A DNA stretch of 64,000 bases from an uncultured SAR116 cluster alpha proteobacterium (lineage in GTDB: Bacteria; Pseudomonadota; Alphaproteobacteria; Puniceispirillales; Puniceispirillaceae). The stretch spans positions 147,049 through 211,048 of the forward strand of contig CACHXC010000001.1 in the NCBI GenBank assembly GCA_902583715.1, given 5' to 3'. This document shows, piece after piece, positions 31,021 to 42,056 of this stretch. A program made the translations under genes and the position numbers. Position 1 is the stretch's first letter, and each line of letters opens with the position of its first letter. The notes under the pieces were generated by a model, which saw only the letters and a program-made list of their open reading frames with translations, was not told where the DNA came from and made no database searches.

Positions 31021-32306
31021 GCCTCGATTTGATTCTAGGTCTCTTGGCTCTGTTTTTCACAGCTGCAATTGGTGTCCCGGTAGCCTTTGCGATTATTATA
31101 GGGGTGATAACCTATCTTGGTTTTGCCGGACAGGATATCGCAATTGCTGGAGAAACAATCGTTCAACGATTGTATGATGGTTTTTTGCTGCTTGCGGTTC
31201 CATTATTCATCGTTTCTGCAAATATAATGAATGCTGGGACGATTTCTGACCGGCTGCTAAAGTTTTGTATCGCCCTTGTTGGTGGGCTTCGTGGTGGCCT
31301 AGGCCATGTAAACGTTGTAGCTAGCCTGATTTTTTCTGGCATGTCGGGGTCTGCTGTTGCTGATGCAGCCGGTATTGGCAAAATAATTATTGATATGATG
31401 GTCAAAAGTGGCCTGTACACGCGTGGATATGCGGCGGCAATAACAGCGGCGACGGCAACAATTGGACCAATAATACCACCATCCATCCCCATGGTGCTTT
31501 ATGCATTGGTGTCTAATACATCAATTACCAGTCTTTTTTTAGGTGGTATCGTCCCTGGCTTATTAATGGGGGCTGTGCTGATGGGGATGAATGCCTGCAT
31601 TTCACATAAGCGGCAATTTGGGCAACAAAGCCGTGTTAATTTAGCTGAACTTCCCTTAGTGACGCTCAGGGCAACACCCGCCTTGCTAATGCCTGCTATA
31701 TTATTGTTTGGCATATATTCAGGTGTAACTACTCCAACAGAGGCAGCTGCCATTGCTGCACTCTATGCTCTGCTTGTTTCTGCTCTACTTTACCGCGCGC
31801 TGCAGCTCCGAACTCTATATGAAGTATTTGTTGAGAGTGCTCGGTCAGCTGCGTCAGTTGGGTTGGTGATCGGGGCATCAATGATACTGACTTACGTCGT
31901 TGTCCAAGAAGATGTTCCAAACATGATTTCGGGCGCACTGTCTTTAGTCGATATCAGTCCCCTTGTTTTCCTAATTGCTGTGAATGTGCTGGTTCTTCTC
32001 TTGGGCTGTATCCTTGATGCAACGGTAATTATTTTGGTGATTGTGCCGCTTTTTATTCCAACTTGTCAGGCGCTTGGAATCGATTTGGTACATTTTGGGG
32101 TTCTAGTCGTCGTCAACTCCATGATTGGTTTGATCACTCCACCTTACGGTATTCTGCTGTTTGTTATCAATGCTGTTACGGGTATCCCACTAAAAGAGAT
32201 TATTGGAGAAATATGGGCTTTCCTTGGCGTGTTGTTAGCAGCCTTCGGCATCATGATTCTTTTTCCAGATGTTATTCTCTGGCTTCCTGGCACTTTGGGG
32301 CACTAA
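31017..32306 (+). CDS. dctM: TRAP transporter large permease
   Basis: SGMSGSAVADAA, IIPPSIP, TPTEAA, GLITPPYG. Confidence 0.92.
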   Translation: MSLDLILGLLALFFTAAIGVPVAFAIIIGVITYLGFAGQDIAIAGETIVQRLYDGFLLLAVPLFIVSANIMNAGTISDRLLKFCIALVGGLRGGLGHVNVVASLIFSGMSGSAVADAAGIGKIIIDMMVKSGLYTRGYAAAITAATATIGPIIPPSIPMVLYALVSNTSITSLFLGGIVPGLLMGAVLMGMNACISHKRQFGQQSRVNLAELPLVTLRATPALLMPAILLFGIYSGVTTPTEAAAIAALYALLVSALLYRALQLRTLYEVFVESARSAASVGLVIGASMILTYVVVQEDVPNMISGALSLVDISPLVFLIAVNVLVLLLGCILDATVIILVIVPLFIPTCQALGIDLVHFGVLVVVNSMIGLITPPYGILLFVINAVTGIPLKEIIGEIWAFLGVLLAAFGIMILFPDVILWLPGTLGH

Positions 32307-32362
32307 ATAGCCCATGGCCTTTTGCCAACAACTGGTTTAAGCCAATATACGGTGCAAAGATT

Positions 32363-34165
32363 ATGAACAACATTATCCGATCAATCACAGAGTTTCTGGT
32401 TTTTCTTTGGGCTGCGCTTTCTTGTGCGGTTGCGCAAGAGAAAAATGATTTTTTACAACCGGAAATTGGTGTGGAGATTGGCAACGAATTTTCAGGAATC
32501 TCAAATCTAGTAGTACAATCTCTTGAAGCAAAAAATAGTGGAAAATCCGTCGTTGGCAGTGACTGGATGATCGTTACTGCTAACCCCTATGCGTCTGATG
32601 TTGGAGCAAGCATACTACGGCGAGGTGGAACTGCTGCGGATGCGATGGTCGCTGCCCAAGCTGTGCTGGGTCTGGTTGAACCGCAAAGTTCAGGAATGGG
32701 CGGTGGAGGATTTTTAGTATGGTATGACAGCAAAAGTGGCGATTTAACCACCCTTGATGGGCGTGAAACCGCCCCAATAGAAGCAAACGACCATCTTTTT
32801 CAAAATCAGAATGGAGAACCGATGAGATTTTGGGAGGCGGTCATTGGTGGTCGCTCGGTTGGCGTGCCGGGAATGCCCGCTCTTATGGAATTGGCTCACT
32901 CAAAATGGGGAAAAGTTTCTTGGGAAAGTTTGTTCAAGCAGGCGGCTGCTCTTGCTGAACATGGGTTTATTGTCTCGGAGAGATTATCGGGTTTGTTGGA
33001 GCATGAGTCCGTGCGCATGTCTTCATCAATCAAAGCAAGTTCATATTTTTTTCCTAAAGGCGAGCCATTGGCTCACGGCGAGTTGCTGATTAATCACGAG
33101 TATGCAACGCTTATGCAAAAATTAGCTGATTATGGATCTGATGTTTTTTATTCGGGATCAATTGCAGATGCCATTGTTTCTACAGTTCGCGAAAATAATA
33201 GAAATCCTGGACTGCTTAACCATGACGATCTCGCAAATTACATAGTAAAAGAACGTCCTGCAATATGTACAAAGTTCAGAAACTACGAGGTTTGTGGAAT
33301 GGGACCTCCATCATCAGGAGCGATTGGTGTGGGGCAAATTTTGGGAATGGTTAACAAATTTCCAAAGGGAAAAAGAAGAGATCCTCAAACACTCAGATTG
33401 ATTGGTGATGCAACTCGACTGGCTTTCGCGGATAGAGGCCGATACGTCGCAGATGTTGATTTTGTGAGCGTGCCCACGGAAGAACTTGTGGAAGAGCAAT
33501 ATCTCTCTAAACGTGCATCTTTATTGAATAGGCGGAATGCTATTCCAGTTGTCACCGCTGGTGAACCAATAACTTCTCACACACACAGATGGGCAACTGA
33601 TTTGAGCATTGAAAAACTCTCCACCACGCATATCTCAATTGTTGACTCATATGGAAACGCTCTTTCACTGACCTCAAGTATTGAAAATGCATTTGGCTCA
33701 AGACTAATGACAAATGGATTTTTGCTAAACAATCAGCTTACAGATTTTTCATTCAAATCATATGTTAACGGTATCCCCGTAGCCAATAGAGTGGAGGGTG
33801 GAAAACGACCACGCTCTTCAATGGCGCCTACAATCGTGCTTGAGGGTCGCAGCCCTGTCTTGGTTATTGGTTCACCCGGAGGTTCACGGATTATACCTTA
33901 TGTTTCGAATACGATTGTTGCTATTTTAGACTGGGGTTTGGACGCGCAAGAAGCTGTGTCTCAGCCTCACGCGGTGAATCGTTTTGGCGTATATGAAATC
34001 GAAGAAGGTACAAGGCTGACCGGGTCAAAAAAATGGTTGCAGAGATTGGGTTACGAAACTGAAGAGCGTCCGCTCAATTCCGGCCTGAATGTGATTTTGA
34101 AAAAGAATGGAAAACTATACGGTGGTTCTGATCCGCGTAGGGAAGGCATAGCTATTGGCGGCTAA
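32363..34165 (+). CDS. ggt: Gamma-glutamyltransferase
   Basis: EPQSSGMGGGGF, DGRETAP, TTHISIVD (nucleophile Thr), NNQLTDF, PRSSMAP, GSPGGSRI, DPRREG; start at MNNIIRS signal peptide. Confidence 0.92.
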   Translation: MNNIIRSITEFLVFLWAALSCAVAQEKNDFLQPEIGVEIGNEFSGISNLVVQSLEAKNSGKSVVGSDWMIVTANPYASDVGASILRRGGTAADAMVAAQAVLGLVEPQSSGMGGGGFLVWYDSKSGDLTTLDGRETAPIEANDHLFQNQNGEPMRFWEAVIGGRSVGVPGMPALMELAHSKWGKVSWESLFKQAAALAEHGFIVSERLSGLLEHESVRMSSSIKASSYFFPKGEPLAHGELLINHEYATLMQKLADYGSDVFYSGSIADAIVSTVRENNRNPGLLNHDDLANYIVKERPAICTKFRNYEVCGMGPPSSGAIGVGQILGMVNKFPKGKRRDPQTLRLIGDATRLAFADRGRYVADVDFVSVPTEELVEEQYLSKRASLLNRRNAIPVVTAGEPITSHTHRWATDLSIEKLSTTHISIVDSYGNALSLTSSIENAFGSRLMTNGFLLNNQLTDFSFKSYVNGIPVANRVEGGKRPRSSMAPTIVLEGRSPVLVIGSPGGSRIIPYVSNTIVAILDWGLDAQEAVSQPHAVNRFGVYEIEEGTRLTGSKKWLQRLGYETEERPLNSGLNVILKKNGKLYGGSDPRREGIAIGG

Positions 34166-35999
34166 AATATTTCGTCCAACTTCATGGATAAATATATACA
34201 GAGAAGTCGAGACGGCTCCTCCACGAAAATTGTGGCCATTTCTTGCGTGGTGTTTAGACGGGGCATACGTCGCTTTGCTGATCGCTGCCTGCTCAAGTAT
34301 TTCGCTTGGCATCATTGAAACTTATATAACAGCTCTACTTGGTCACATTATAGATGTGGTGATTGAAACCGCGCCCAATCAACTTTTTGTTGAGCACTGG
34401 CCATTTTTGTTGACCTCAATTGGTTTTTTGATTCTCGTAAGACCAACTTCCTTTTTTGTTTCCTCTTACTTTCAATCAATGGTGGTTAGCCCAGGTGTCA
34501 GAACAATGGTCGCAACGCGACTTCATCGTTGGACGCTAGGCCATCAGAAGAGTTATTTTGATAATGATTTTGCAGGAAGAATTGCGCAAAAAGAAGTACA
34601 GGCCTCAAATGCTATCGCAGACGTCACGGTGGAAGTTATAAGCACCGTGCTTTTTGCATCTGCCTCAGTTCTGACTTCATTTTTTGTGCTGGCCTCAATT
34701 GACTGGAGGATTGGACTAATAATTGTGGCTTGGACTTTTTGTTTTTTCTTACTGATGAAGTTTTTTTTGCCTCGAATAAAATTACACTCTTCCAATCGAG
34801 CAAATGCCCAAGCAGTCGCGACTGGTCAAATCGTAGATACTATTAGCAATATCAGTATTGTAAAATTATTTGCTAATTCAAAATATGAAGATAATGCAGC
34901 GCTTACTGCCTTCGGTAACCTGAAGAAATCGTTACAGGGGTATGGTAAAGAGCTTGTTCGTTTTCGACTCAGCATGGTTGTTTTTGCAAGTTCAATTTTC
35001 CTTTTTGTATTGGCAGCATGCTTATTTCTTTGGGTGCAAAATGCAATTAGCCCTGGTGCGGTTGTCGCTGCAGGATCGGTCGCACTTCGCATTATGATGA
35101 TGGCTGGATGGGTAAGTTTTTCTTTTATGACAATTTACACAAACTTGGGTGATATCCAAGACGCGATGGAAACGCTTGCAGTGCCTCACGCTATGGTTGA
35201 CAGGGCTAATGCTTCCACATTGAACGTAAGTCGTGGTGGAATAAAGTTTGACAATGTTTCATATACTTATGGCAGCGATGTTGGTGGTATCAGAACTATT
35301 TCACTTAACATAAAGCCTGGTGAAAAGCTTGGAGTGGTCGGAGCCTCTGGAGCGGGGAAGTCTACGCTAGTTGCAACTCTTTTGAGATTGCAGGATCCAG
35401 AGAGCGGAAAGATTTTAATTGATGGTCAAAAAATAACCGATGTAACTCAAAACAGCTTACGCCAGTGCATAAGTATGGTCACACAAGACAGTTCGATGTT
35501 CAACCGAACTGCTCGAGAGAATATTGCCTACGGTAGACCAGGTGCGTCTGATAAGGATGTTATTAACGCTGCAAAAAAGGCTGGGGCACATGAATTCATA
35601 ATAGCTCTGGTGGACAATAGGGGGAGGGCCGGTTACGACGCTTATCTTGGAGAAAGAGGCGTTAAATTATCTGGGGGACAACGCCAGAGAATTGCCTTAG
35701 CTCGTGCAATCATTAAAGATGCTCCGATATTAGTTTTAGATGAGGCAACTAGTGCTCTCGACAGTGAGGTAGAGGCTGTAATTCAGGAGTCTTTAGAGGC
35801 CGTGATGTCAAATAAAACAGTTCTTGCAATTGCCCATCGTCTCTCAACAATTTCTAGAATGGATCGCATCATTGTTATGGATGATGGGAGGATAATAGAG
35901 GAGGGAACCCATGCATCTTTATTGAGAAACAAGGGCGTATATGCAAATTTTTGGGATCGACAATCTGGCGGTTTCCTCGGCATCGACTCTGTAGCATAG
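34155..35999 (+). CDS. ABC exporter, fused permease/ATP-binding
   Basis: GASGAGKS, LSGGQRQR, LVLDEATSALD, IAHRLST. Confidence 0.92.
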   Translation: MAAKIFRPTSWINIYREVETAPPRKLWPFLAWCLDGAYVALLIAACSSISLGIIETYITALLGHIIDVVIETAPNQLFVEHWPFLLTSIGFLILVRPTSFFVSSYFQSMVVSPGVRTMVATRLHRWTLGHQKSYFDNDFAGRIAQKEVQASNAIADVTVEVISTVLFASASVLTSFFVLASIDWRIGLIIVAWTFCFFLLMKFFLPRIKLHSSNRANAQAVATGQIVDTISNISIVKLFANSKYEDNAALTAFGNLKKSLQGYGKELVRFRLSMVVFASSIFLFVLAACLFLWVQNAISPGAVVAAGSVALRIMMMAGWVSFSFMTIYTNLGDIQDAMETLAVPHAMVDRANASTLNVSRGGIKFDNVSYTYGSDVGGIRTISLNIKPGEKLGVVGASGAGKSTLVATLLRLQDPESGKILIDGQKITDVTQNSLRQCISMVTQDSSMFNRTARENIAYGRPGASDKDVINAAKKAGAHEFIIALVDNRGRAGYDAYLGERGVKLSGGQRQRIALARAIIKDAPILVLDEATSALDSEVEAVIQESLEAVMSNKTVLAIAHRLSTISRMDRIIVMDDGRIIEEGTHASLLRNKGVYANFWDRQSGGFLGIDSVA

Positions 36000-36108
36000 A
36001 GGATGGATTCAGAACTATTTTATCAATAATTTATCACACGATGATTAAACAAATTGGGTCACCGCTATCGCAAATTTTATCAGACACAAAAATTTAATGC
36101 TAATTTGA

Positions 36109-37503
36109 TTAATCGATGATTGCGGAAGCCGAGCAGGGCATGCCCAATAATTCGTATAACGTGTGTGCATTGATCAGAAGTTCAATATCTTCATACCGAC
36201 TTGAGATAAGTTGAATGCCGATCGGAAGTCCATCTGATGTCGTTCCACAAGGTATTGTAACAGCAGGTAAACCGAGCAAGTTTGCTAAAATACAATTTGA
36301 CGGCCACTCCAATATGCCTAACGTCTCGGTCCCGGCTGGGCGACTGCTCGATTTGAGAAATGGCTTATGCAGAACGGTTGGGCACATAAGCAAGTCCGTA
36401 TTTTGTAGAAAATTACTAAAGAATTTCTCTAATTTTTCGATTTCCGAGGCTACGTATTTTTCGCTCAGCTTTGGTCGAGCTGTATATCTCTCGGTTTCTT
36501 TAATTATTTCTCTATCACCGAACTGGTTAAAATTAGCGACACCGCTTACTTTTTTTGCAATCCCTCCCAAAAATTTACTCTCAAATATTTCATATAATGA
36601 GCAAGTTAGCATTGGTTCTGAATAGACAATGTTCATTCCAGCGACATCACAAATCTTTAATGCTTTTTCTATGACACTTTTGACGGCAGCATCGGGAGCT
36701 TGTTCGCTTAAAGACCAGAAAAAAATTATTTTTTTATTTATACTATTTCCCTGTAATGGTTTGAGACTGAGCTTGGGTTTTCCATTTGTTTTTCTCGAAC
36801 TATGATGCTGGTCAGCGGCAACCTCGAGAACCGCTAATATATCGTCGATGGTGCGCGCAATAATTCCAATGTGAAATAAATCTCCAACAATTGGCGGTGG
36901 ATGAACAGGAATCAGCCCAAAAGTTGGTTTGAAGCCAACCAATCCGCAGAATGAAGCTGGTATTCGTGTAGAGCCACCACCGTCCGTTCCTATTGCAAAG
37001 GACGTCACACCAGCTGCAACACTTGCTGCCGCACCAGCACTAGAGCCGCCCGTTGTGTAGTTAAGATTTCTTGGATTGGACGTGATGCCAGACAAGGGGC
37101 TATCGCTGGACGCTTTTGCGCCAAACTCGGTCATATTGGTTTTGCCGATTAAGCATCCACCAGCTGCGAATAGACTTTTAACGACTGGGGCACTAACCGT
37201 TGGCTCAACAGGCTTTGAGAGTGAACCAAAACAACTTTCTGTACCTCCCACGTCGATATTGTCTTTTATCGAAAAAGGAATTCCTAAAACTTGAGAATTG
37301 GTATCACCTGCTAAAAATTTGTTTTCTGCAAGCCGCGCGTACTCCAATGCGGTATCAAGCGTGAATTTTCTAAATGCATTAATTTTTGGCTCAGCGTCTT
37401 GAGCTTTCTTAAATGTTTCTTGCAGTAATTCAGCGGGAGATATTGTTTTTGTTACCAAAAGCTCGTGCAATTCACTGATGGTTTGTTTATCGATGTCTAC
37501 CAT
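36109..37503 (-). CDS. Amidase signature family protein
   Basis: IKDN, GKTN, GGSSAG, GTDGGGSTRIPAS. Confidence 0.88.
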   Translation of the reverse strand: MVDIDKQTISELHELLVTKTISPAELLQETFKKAQDAEPKINAFRKFTLDTALEYARLAENKFLAGDTNSQVLGIPFSIKDNIDVGGTESCFGSLSKPVEPTVSAPVVKSLFAAGGCLIGKTNMTEFGAKASSDSPLSGITSNPRNLNYTTGGSSAGAAASVAAGVTSFAIGTDGGGSTRIPASFCGLVGFKPTFGLIPVHPPPIVGDLFHIGIIARTIDDILAVLEVAADQHHSSRKTNGKPKLSLKPLQGNSINKKIIFFWSLSEQAPDAAVKSVIEKALKICDVAGMNIVYSEPMLTCSLYEIFESKFLGGIAKKVSGVANFNQFGDREIIKETERYTARPKLSEKYVASEIEKLEKFFSNFLQNTDLLMCPTVLHKPFLKSSSRPAGTETLGILEWPSNCILANLLGLPAVTIPCGTTSDGLPIGIQLISSRYEDIELLINAHTLYELLGMPCSASAIID

Positions 37504-37542
37504 TGTTATGTTTGATATTTAATGCGTTCTGACAATTTTTTC

Positions 37543-38445
37543 CTAATCTCTCTGGATAAGCTGCTTATCTGCAGGCAGTTTTCTGTAAAACATCGAAATC
37601 TGATTTGGTGTGGTGATCCAAATTTCATCACGCCTTTTGCATATGTGATTTAGCGCCCTTTTTAGGTGTTTTTGTCGGAACGGTTGTCCCATTATAAAAG
37701 AGTGTAGCGAGATCGGAAAAACGATTGGCTGGGGGTTTTTGAGATCCATCAAAACATCAAATTGGTCAATGATCATATTCGCATATTCCTCTGCTGAAAC
37801 ACGTCGTCCAACTATCGCTGGCTGATCATTCAGTTCGATGGGGTAGGGAAGCGTTAAGATTCCACCGTTGTCGGTTTTCATCCAGAAGGGCTGCTCATCA
37901 CAAAGGCCCCAGTCTAGTAAATATTCATAACCGGCTGCAGACAATATATCCGGCGTTTTTTGACTTGGAGTAAGGTAAGAGGACAACCACCCATTAGGGT
38001 GCTTGCCATCGGCCTTGGTCATTATTTCTGTTACTTCGGCGACCATTCTAGTTTCTTCCTCAATGGTCATATCAATTGGCCTTTTGGTGCCATTTGATAT
38101 ACCGTGTCCGATCATTTCATCACCGCGGTTGCGGTAGCGTTCCAAAAGCTCAGGGCTGTGGGAGTAATTGGCCGCATTCACAATAACGCCGACGTTCATT
38201 TCAAGGTCGTCAAGCAGATCTGCTAAACGCCAACCACCCACTCGGTTTCCATATTCGCGCCATAACCAGCTTCTCTGGCTCCAAGGTTTTGTCTCGCGAT
38301 CTAAGTCAATACCGCCACCCTCACCAAACGGAAAATGCTCGATGTTTAATGCTATGTAGAAGGCTATGCGTTTTCTGCCCGGCCATTCAAAAGAAGGCCT
38401 CGTCGAAATGCCTGAATAATTGAATCTATTATGGTCTGTAAGCAT
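37543..38445 (-). CDS. Polysaccharide deacetylase family (PuuE-like) protein
   Basis: WPGRKRIA, EYGNRVGGWR, GHG, ELND, SLHSFIMGQPFR. Confidence 0.85.
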   Translation of the reverse strand: MLTDHNRFNYSGISTRPSFEWPGRKRIAFYIALNIEHFPFGEGGGIDLDRETKPWSQRSWLWREYGNRVGGWRLADLLDDLEMNVGVIVNAANYSHSPELLERYRNRGDEMIGHGISNGTKRPIDMTIEEETRMVAEVTEIMTKADGKHPNGWLSSYLTPSQKTPDILSAAGYEYLLDWGLCDEQPFWMKTDNGGILTLPYPIELNDQPAIVGRRVSAEEYANMIIDQFDVLMDLKNPQPIVFPISLHSFIMGQPFRQKHLKRALNHICKRRDEIWITTPNQISMFYRKLPADKQLIQRD

Positions 38446-38476
38446 TTTTAGCGTTCTCCGCGGAAACTTTGCCATA

Positions 38477-38530
38477 AAAAAAGACCGGCGCAAAGGCCGG
38501 CCAAGTTTAGGGAGGACGCACAAGCATTGT
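38477..38530 (-). ncRNA. MmgR/suhB (alpha-r8)-like sRNA candidate, copy 1
   Basis: Minus strand GUCCUCCCUAAACUU-GGCCGGC-CUUUGC-GCCGGUC-UUUUUU: anti-SD core followed by terminator; 5' end unknown. Confidence 0.55.
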
Positions 38531-38633
38531 GGAACAATCTGCTAGCGAATAAAAATGACAGCTTTGTGTTGAAGTTAAGGTTCTTTGGTGAAACCACCTT
38601 GCTTGCCATAATACCCAACATTACGATTGTTAC

Positions 38634-39941
38634 ATGACAAAGCGTGTTTGGATTATCTGGGTTGCGATAGAAATAGCTGCAGTACTAATGCTCGCGGCGC
38701 TCTGGCCTGAAAATGCCTCTGCCACACCCAAATGGGAATGCACATCTGCAGGTGGCTGGTCTATGGCGATTGACGGCCGCCGAACCTCGATCCCTATTAG
38801 CGAAGCTGCAACTGTCCTAGAGTTAAGTGCACCTGATAAAATGCGTGTTTTGAACGCTGGAAGTGACATTGAACGCAAAATCTATCAATCCATGGCATGG
38901 GAAGAACGCGGCGGCAAATATTACGGTCATGGCATTCTGCGTGAGGGAGTACTGATACTCAGCGTATCTGAGGTGTTAACTGATACTGGAAGCACCTTCA
39001 CAGCAACTATTCTGGGACATGAAGAGCCCGTTTGGGCAGGGGGGTCAGATTGTGTTCGTCTAGATCAACAATCGAGCCTCCAAGCAACAATCCAAAAGCC
39101 AGAGAAAAAGCAGGGTGAGAGCTTTCTTGATGCAATTTCCAAACGAGATGCCATCACCGGTAAGAGAACGCTAAATTTACAGGATGATACAAAATCTTTT
39201 CAAAAAGGGCAGGCTGCTCTCACATCAATCGTATCTGGCTACCGCAAACAGGGTATCACAGTCTTCAAACCGGGTGATGCAGAGTATGACAGGGTAAAAG
39301 CCATATCTGAACGAATTATTGCAGCGAGCCACTATGCAAACCGTAAGGGAATTCGCTTTGAGGTTATCGATCTTGATGACAAGAACGCTTTTGCTACTGG
39401 GGGTGGTAATTTTGCGGTTTATAATGGGCTAGTGAAGGTAGCAAATGATGATGAGCTTGCGTATGTGATAGCCCATGAGCTTGTCCACAATGTAGCCAAT
39501 CATGTGGAAGAACAGCTTCCAATGGTGTTGTTGAACGCCAGACGAGGGGTCTCAGCCGCAATTGCCTATACAAATGTCCAAGAACAAGAGGCTGACAAGG
39601 TTGCTTTGGTTTATACGGCTCTGGCTGGCTACGATCCATGTGCCAGTGTCTCATTCCAAAGCAAGATGCCGATTTCTTTATGGGAGGCCACTCATCCATC
39701 CACACCGAGACGTGCTATTACCAATAAGTTCAATTGCGGGAAGGTTAAGAAATACCGTGTGCCCGGCAAGGTCAGTCCTGATGTTCAGAAGGTTCTTCAA
39801 TGCAACGAGCTATTTTGTAACAAAGGTGGCTCAAACAGTACCGTAGGTGGGCTACTTGAACTCTTAACAGATACGGCCGAGAAGCAATTACGGCTTGAGC
39901 TAGAACGCGAGATTCAAAAGCGTCAGTTTGGTGGTAATTAA
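38634..39941 (+). CDS. M48-family zinc metalloprotease with N-terminal extension
   Basis: NAFATGGG, ELAYVIAHELVH, EQEAD, THP. Confidence 0.8.
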   Translation: MTKRVWIIWVAIEIAAVLMLAALWPENASATPKWECTSAGGWSMAIDGRRTSIPISEAATVLELSAPDKMRVLNAGSDIERKIYQSMAWEERGGKYYGHGILREGVLILSVSEVLTDTGSTFTATILGHEEPVWAGGSDCVRLDQQSSLQATIQKPEKKQGESFLDAISKRDAITGKRTLNLQDDTKSFQKGQAALTSIVSGYRKQGITVFKPGDAEYDRVKAISERIIAASHYANRKGIRFEVIDLDDKNAFATGGGNFAVYNGLVKVANDDELAYVIAHELVHNVANHVEEQLPMVLLNARRGVSAAIAYTNVQEQEADKVALVYTALAGYDPCASVSFQSKMPISLWEATHPSTPRRAITNKFNCGKVKKYRVPGKVSPDVQKVLQCNELFCNKGGSNSTVGGLLELLTDTAEKQLRLELEREIQKRQFGGN

Positions 39942-40365
39942 TTTGAAAATACTTTTTAAATTATTAACAATTTCAGTATTATTTAATTCAATCCTTATGT
40001 GCTATATTAATAATGCGAGCGCTAAAACTTGGCGGTGCAGTTTCAAAGATGGATGGACCCTTAATCAAGATGGTACAGAAAAGTCCTTATCAAAAGGCAC
40101 GTTTTATGGAACGAGGGAGTATCTGCCCCCAGACCGTATGCTTCCACTGCAAACGCATGGACCGATGGAAACACAAATCCTTAAAGAAATGGTTTATCAG
40201 CCTGTAGCAACCTCCCTTATCGGGCATGCAGTTGTGGAACTTGAGAGTATGACACTTTCGGTATCAGAAGCTCTCACTGACGAAGAGAGTATCATCACCG
40301 TCATATTTCATGATGGAGCCACCAAAGCGCTTGTGGAACGCAACCAATGCACAAGGATACAGTAG
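39928..40365 (+). CDS. Hypothetical exported protein
   Basis: Signal peptide ending NASA; two Cys. Confidence 0.55.
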   Translation: MVVINLKILFKLLTISVLFNSILMCYINNASAKTWRCSFKDGWTLNQDGTEKSLSKGTFYGTREYLPPDRMLPLQTHGPMETQILKEMVYQPVATSLIGHAVVELESMTLSVSEALTDEESIITVIFHDGATKALVERNQCTRIQ

Positions 40366-40623
40366 ATGCAGCTTTGCAACGCAAGAACACGCTCAAGAGA
40401 CGCCTGCAGGCGCTTTGGTAATTTTAAGAACCGTCGTTGTCATATTTATGGCGGCAAGAGCACAGGCCCGAGAACGGATGAAGGGCGTCAGCGCATTCCG
40501 AAGGCACATTTTAAGCAGGGAAGGCGCAGCAAATCATATTTGCAACAAAGACATGATTTGAAGACAGAGCTACGATCCATTGAAGCCGATTTGATTAAGA
40601 CAGGGTTACTGAAGAAAGATTGA
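40366..40623 (+). CDS. HGGxSTG-motif small protein (mobile-element associated)
   Basis: CNARTRS..C...RCHIYGGKSTGPRTDEG. Confidence 0.75.
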   Translation: MQLCNARTRSRDACRRFGNFKNRRCHIYGGKSTGPRTDEGRQRIPKAHFKQGRRSKSYLQQRHDLKTELRSIEADLIKTGLLKKD

Positions 40624-40756
40624 GGTCAGCTTTTCAATTATTAGGATGGGACCCCCTAAAATGGACCTCCACCCTCTATACTCGCCCAAGTGTGATAGGA
40701 TATTCTGTTAATATTAGTCCACCCTCGTTTCACCTTCAAACAACACAAGCCGTAAA

Positions 40757-41215
40757 ATGACCATGGAACAGACAATAATCAAAGAACTAAATCAAAGATT
40801 TAGAATTTACTTTCCCTATGAAGAAATTTCAATTTACCTACAACAATCAAAGTTAAGCGATAGCCCACTGCCTGCGTTTAGAGAGTTGCATTTAATGCCC
40901 TTAGATTTTTGTCCTAATAAAATATCATTCAGAAGTTGTTATGCAGAAGAGGGGTTTTCGCCAGATAAGATTACACCACTCATAGAATTTAAGAGGAAGC
41001 ATCCCAACGTGAGCTATGAAAAACTTGAAATTTTATATGAAAGAAACTTTCTCGCCAAATACGAATGGACTGAGTATCTTGACGCTAAAAAACTCAGTTG
41101 GGCTAGTCTTCTCTCGATATGTGATGCTCTAGTAAAACGCTCAGCAACCGAAAATTATGTGTTTTTAAGGTTTTCGGTGATGGACCATGAAACAATAGAG
41201 TTAATAACTAATTAA
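40757..41215 (+). CDS. Hypothetical protein
   Basis: 152-aa ATG ORF in AT-rich DNA. Confidence 0.5.
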   Translation: MTMEQTIIKELNQRFRIYFPYEEISIYLQQSKLSDSPLPAFRELHLMPLDFCPNKISFRSCYAEEGFSPDKITPLIEFKRKHPNVSYEKLEILYERNFLAKYEWTEYLDAKKLSWASLLSICDALVKRSATENYVFLRFSVMDHETIELITN

Positions 41216-41324
41216 CAAAATGATAAATTTGTTTAAGCACATGATTTCTTTATATCTGATAAAAGAGCAATGCATGGATAAAGAGGGTCACGTTTTTCAT
41301 GCCAATATCATATTCTCTAAGCAG

Positions 41325-41642
41325 TCAACTTGTACGAAATTTGCTATGGAAAGTGTGTGCAAGCTCTATCAGAAAATCCATCAGTAAAATTGAACAAATC
41401 CCGTTCTGATCTTCCTCAGATGTGTTTTGCCAGCTGATCGCCAAGTTGGAACCCTCAAAATATTCAGTAATTTCTGTTTTTAGATCAATAACTACAGACA
41501 AGTGAAAAGCAGACTCTTTGCTCTCAATCCGTTTACTTTTATTTAACTCTATCCACTTTTTATACAATGCATCACTGATTTTTGCATGATGATTATCCAC
41601 GTTCGTCCTGATAACATCCATCAACTCTGAATTTCCAGTCAT
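41325..41642 (-). CDS. Hypothetical protein
   Basis: 105-aa ATG ORF. Confidence 0.5.
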   Translation of the reverse strand: MTGNSELMDVIRTNVDNHHAKISDALYKKWIELNKSKRIESKESAFHLSVVIDLKTEITEYFEGSNLAISWQNTSEEDQNGICSILLMDFLIELAHTFHSKFRTS

Positions 41643-42056
41643 TTAGATTTCTCAACTCCGTAATTTTCAAATTTTGATTGCTAAAATGAAAATATTATTC
41701 GGGAATACGAGAAAATTGAAGAATTTATTGTTTGCTAGGGGTGTGAGATAAAACTAATCAGGGTAACATCAACCGCAGAACCAAAGTCAGGCGCCCAAGA
41801 ACCAAGTCCCTGTATCTGTCCCCAACCCATAACAGGGATTCAAATCGAAGCAGAAACGTTTCCGGTGACCCCAGTACTTGAATCTCAAAACTCGGATCTA
41901 GCATTAGACGGATCGGTAAGCTCAGCTTTCTGTATTTTCGTATGACCTCGCGGATGGTCTTAAAGGCTATTTTTTATCTGCTGCAATTTATGCACCACCA
42001 ATATGCATTCTTAAACCTATGATGCATCGTTATTGGTCAGTATACCTTACCCATTA

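Noticed and set aside
32063-32362. 100-aa N-terminal extension of ggt in the ORF track
   Set aside because: Overlaps dctM in another frame; a signal peptide starts at ATG 32363
41700-42030. Coding-like but stop-riddled stretch
   Set aside because: No consistent frame or recognisable family
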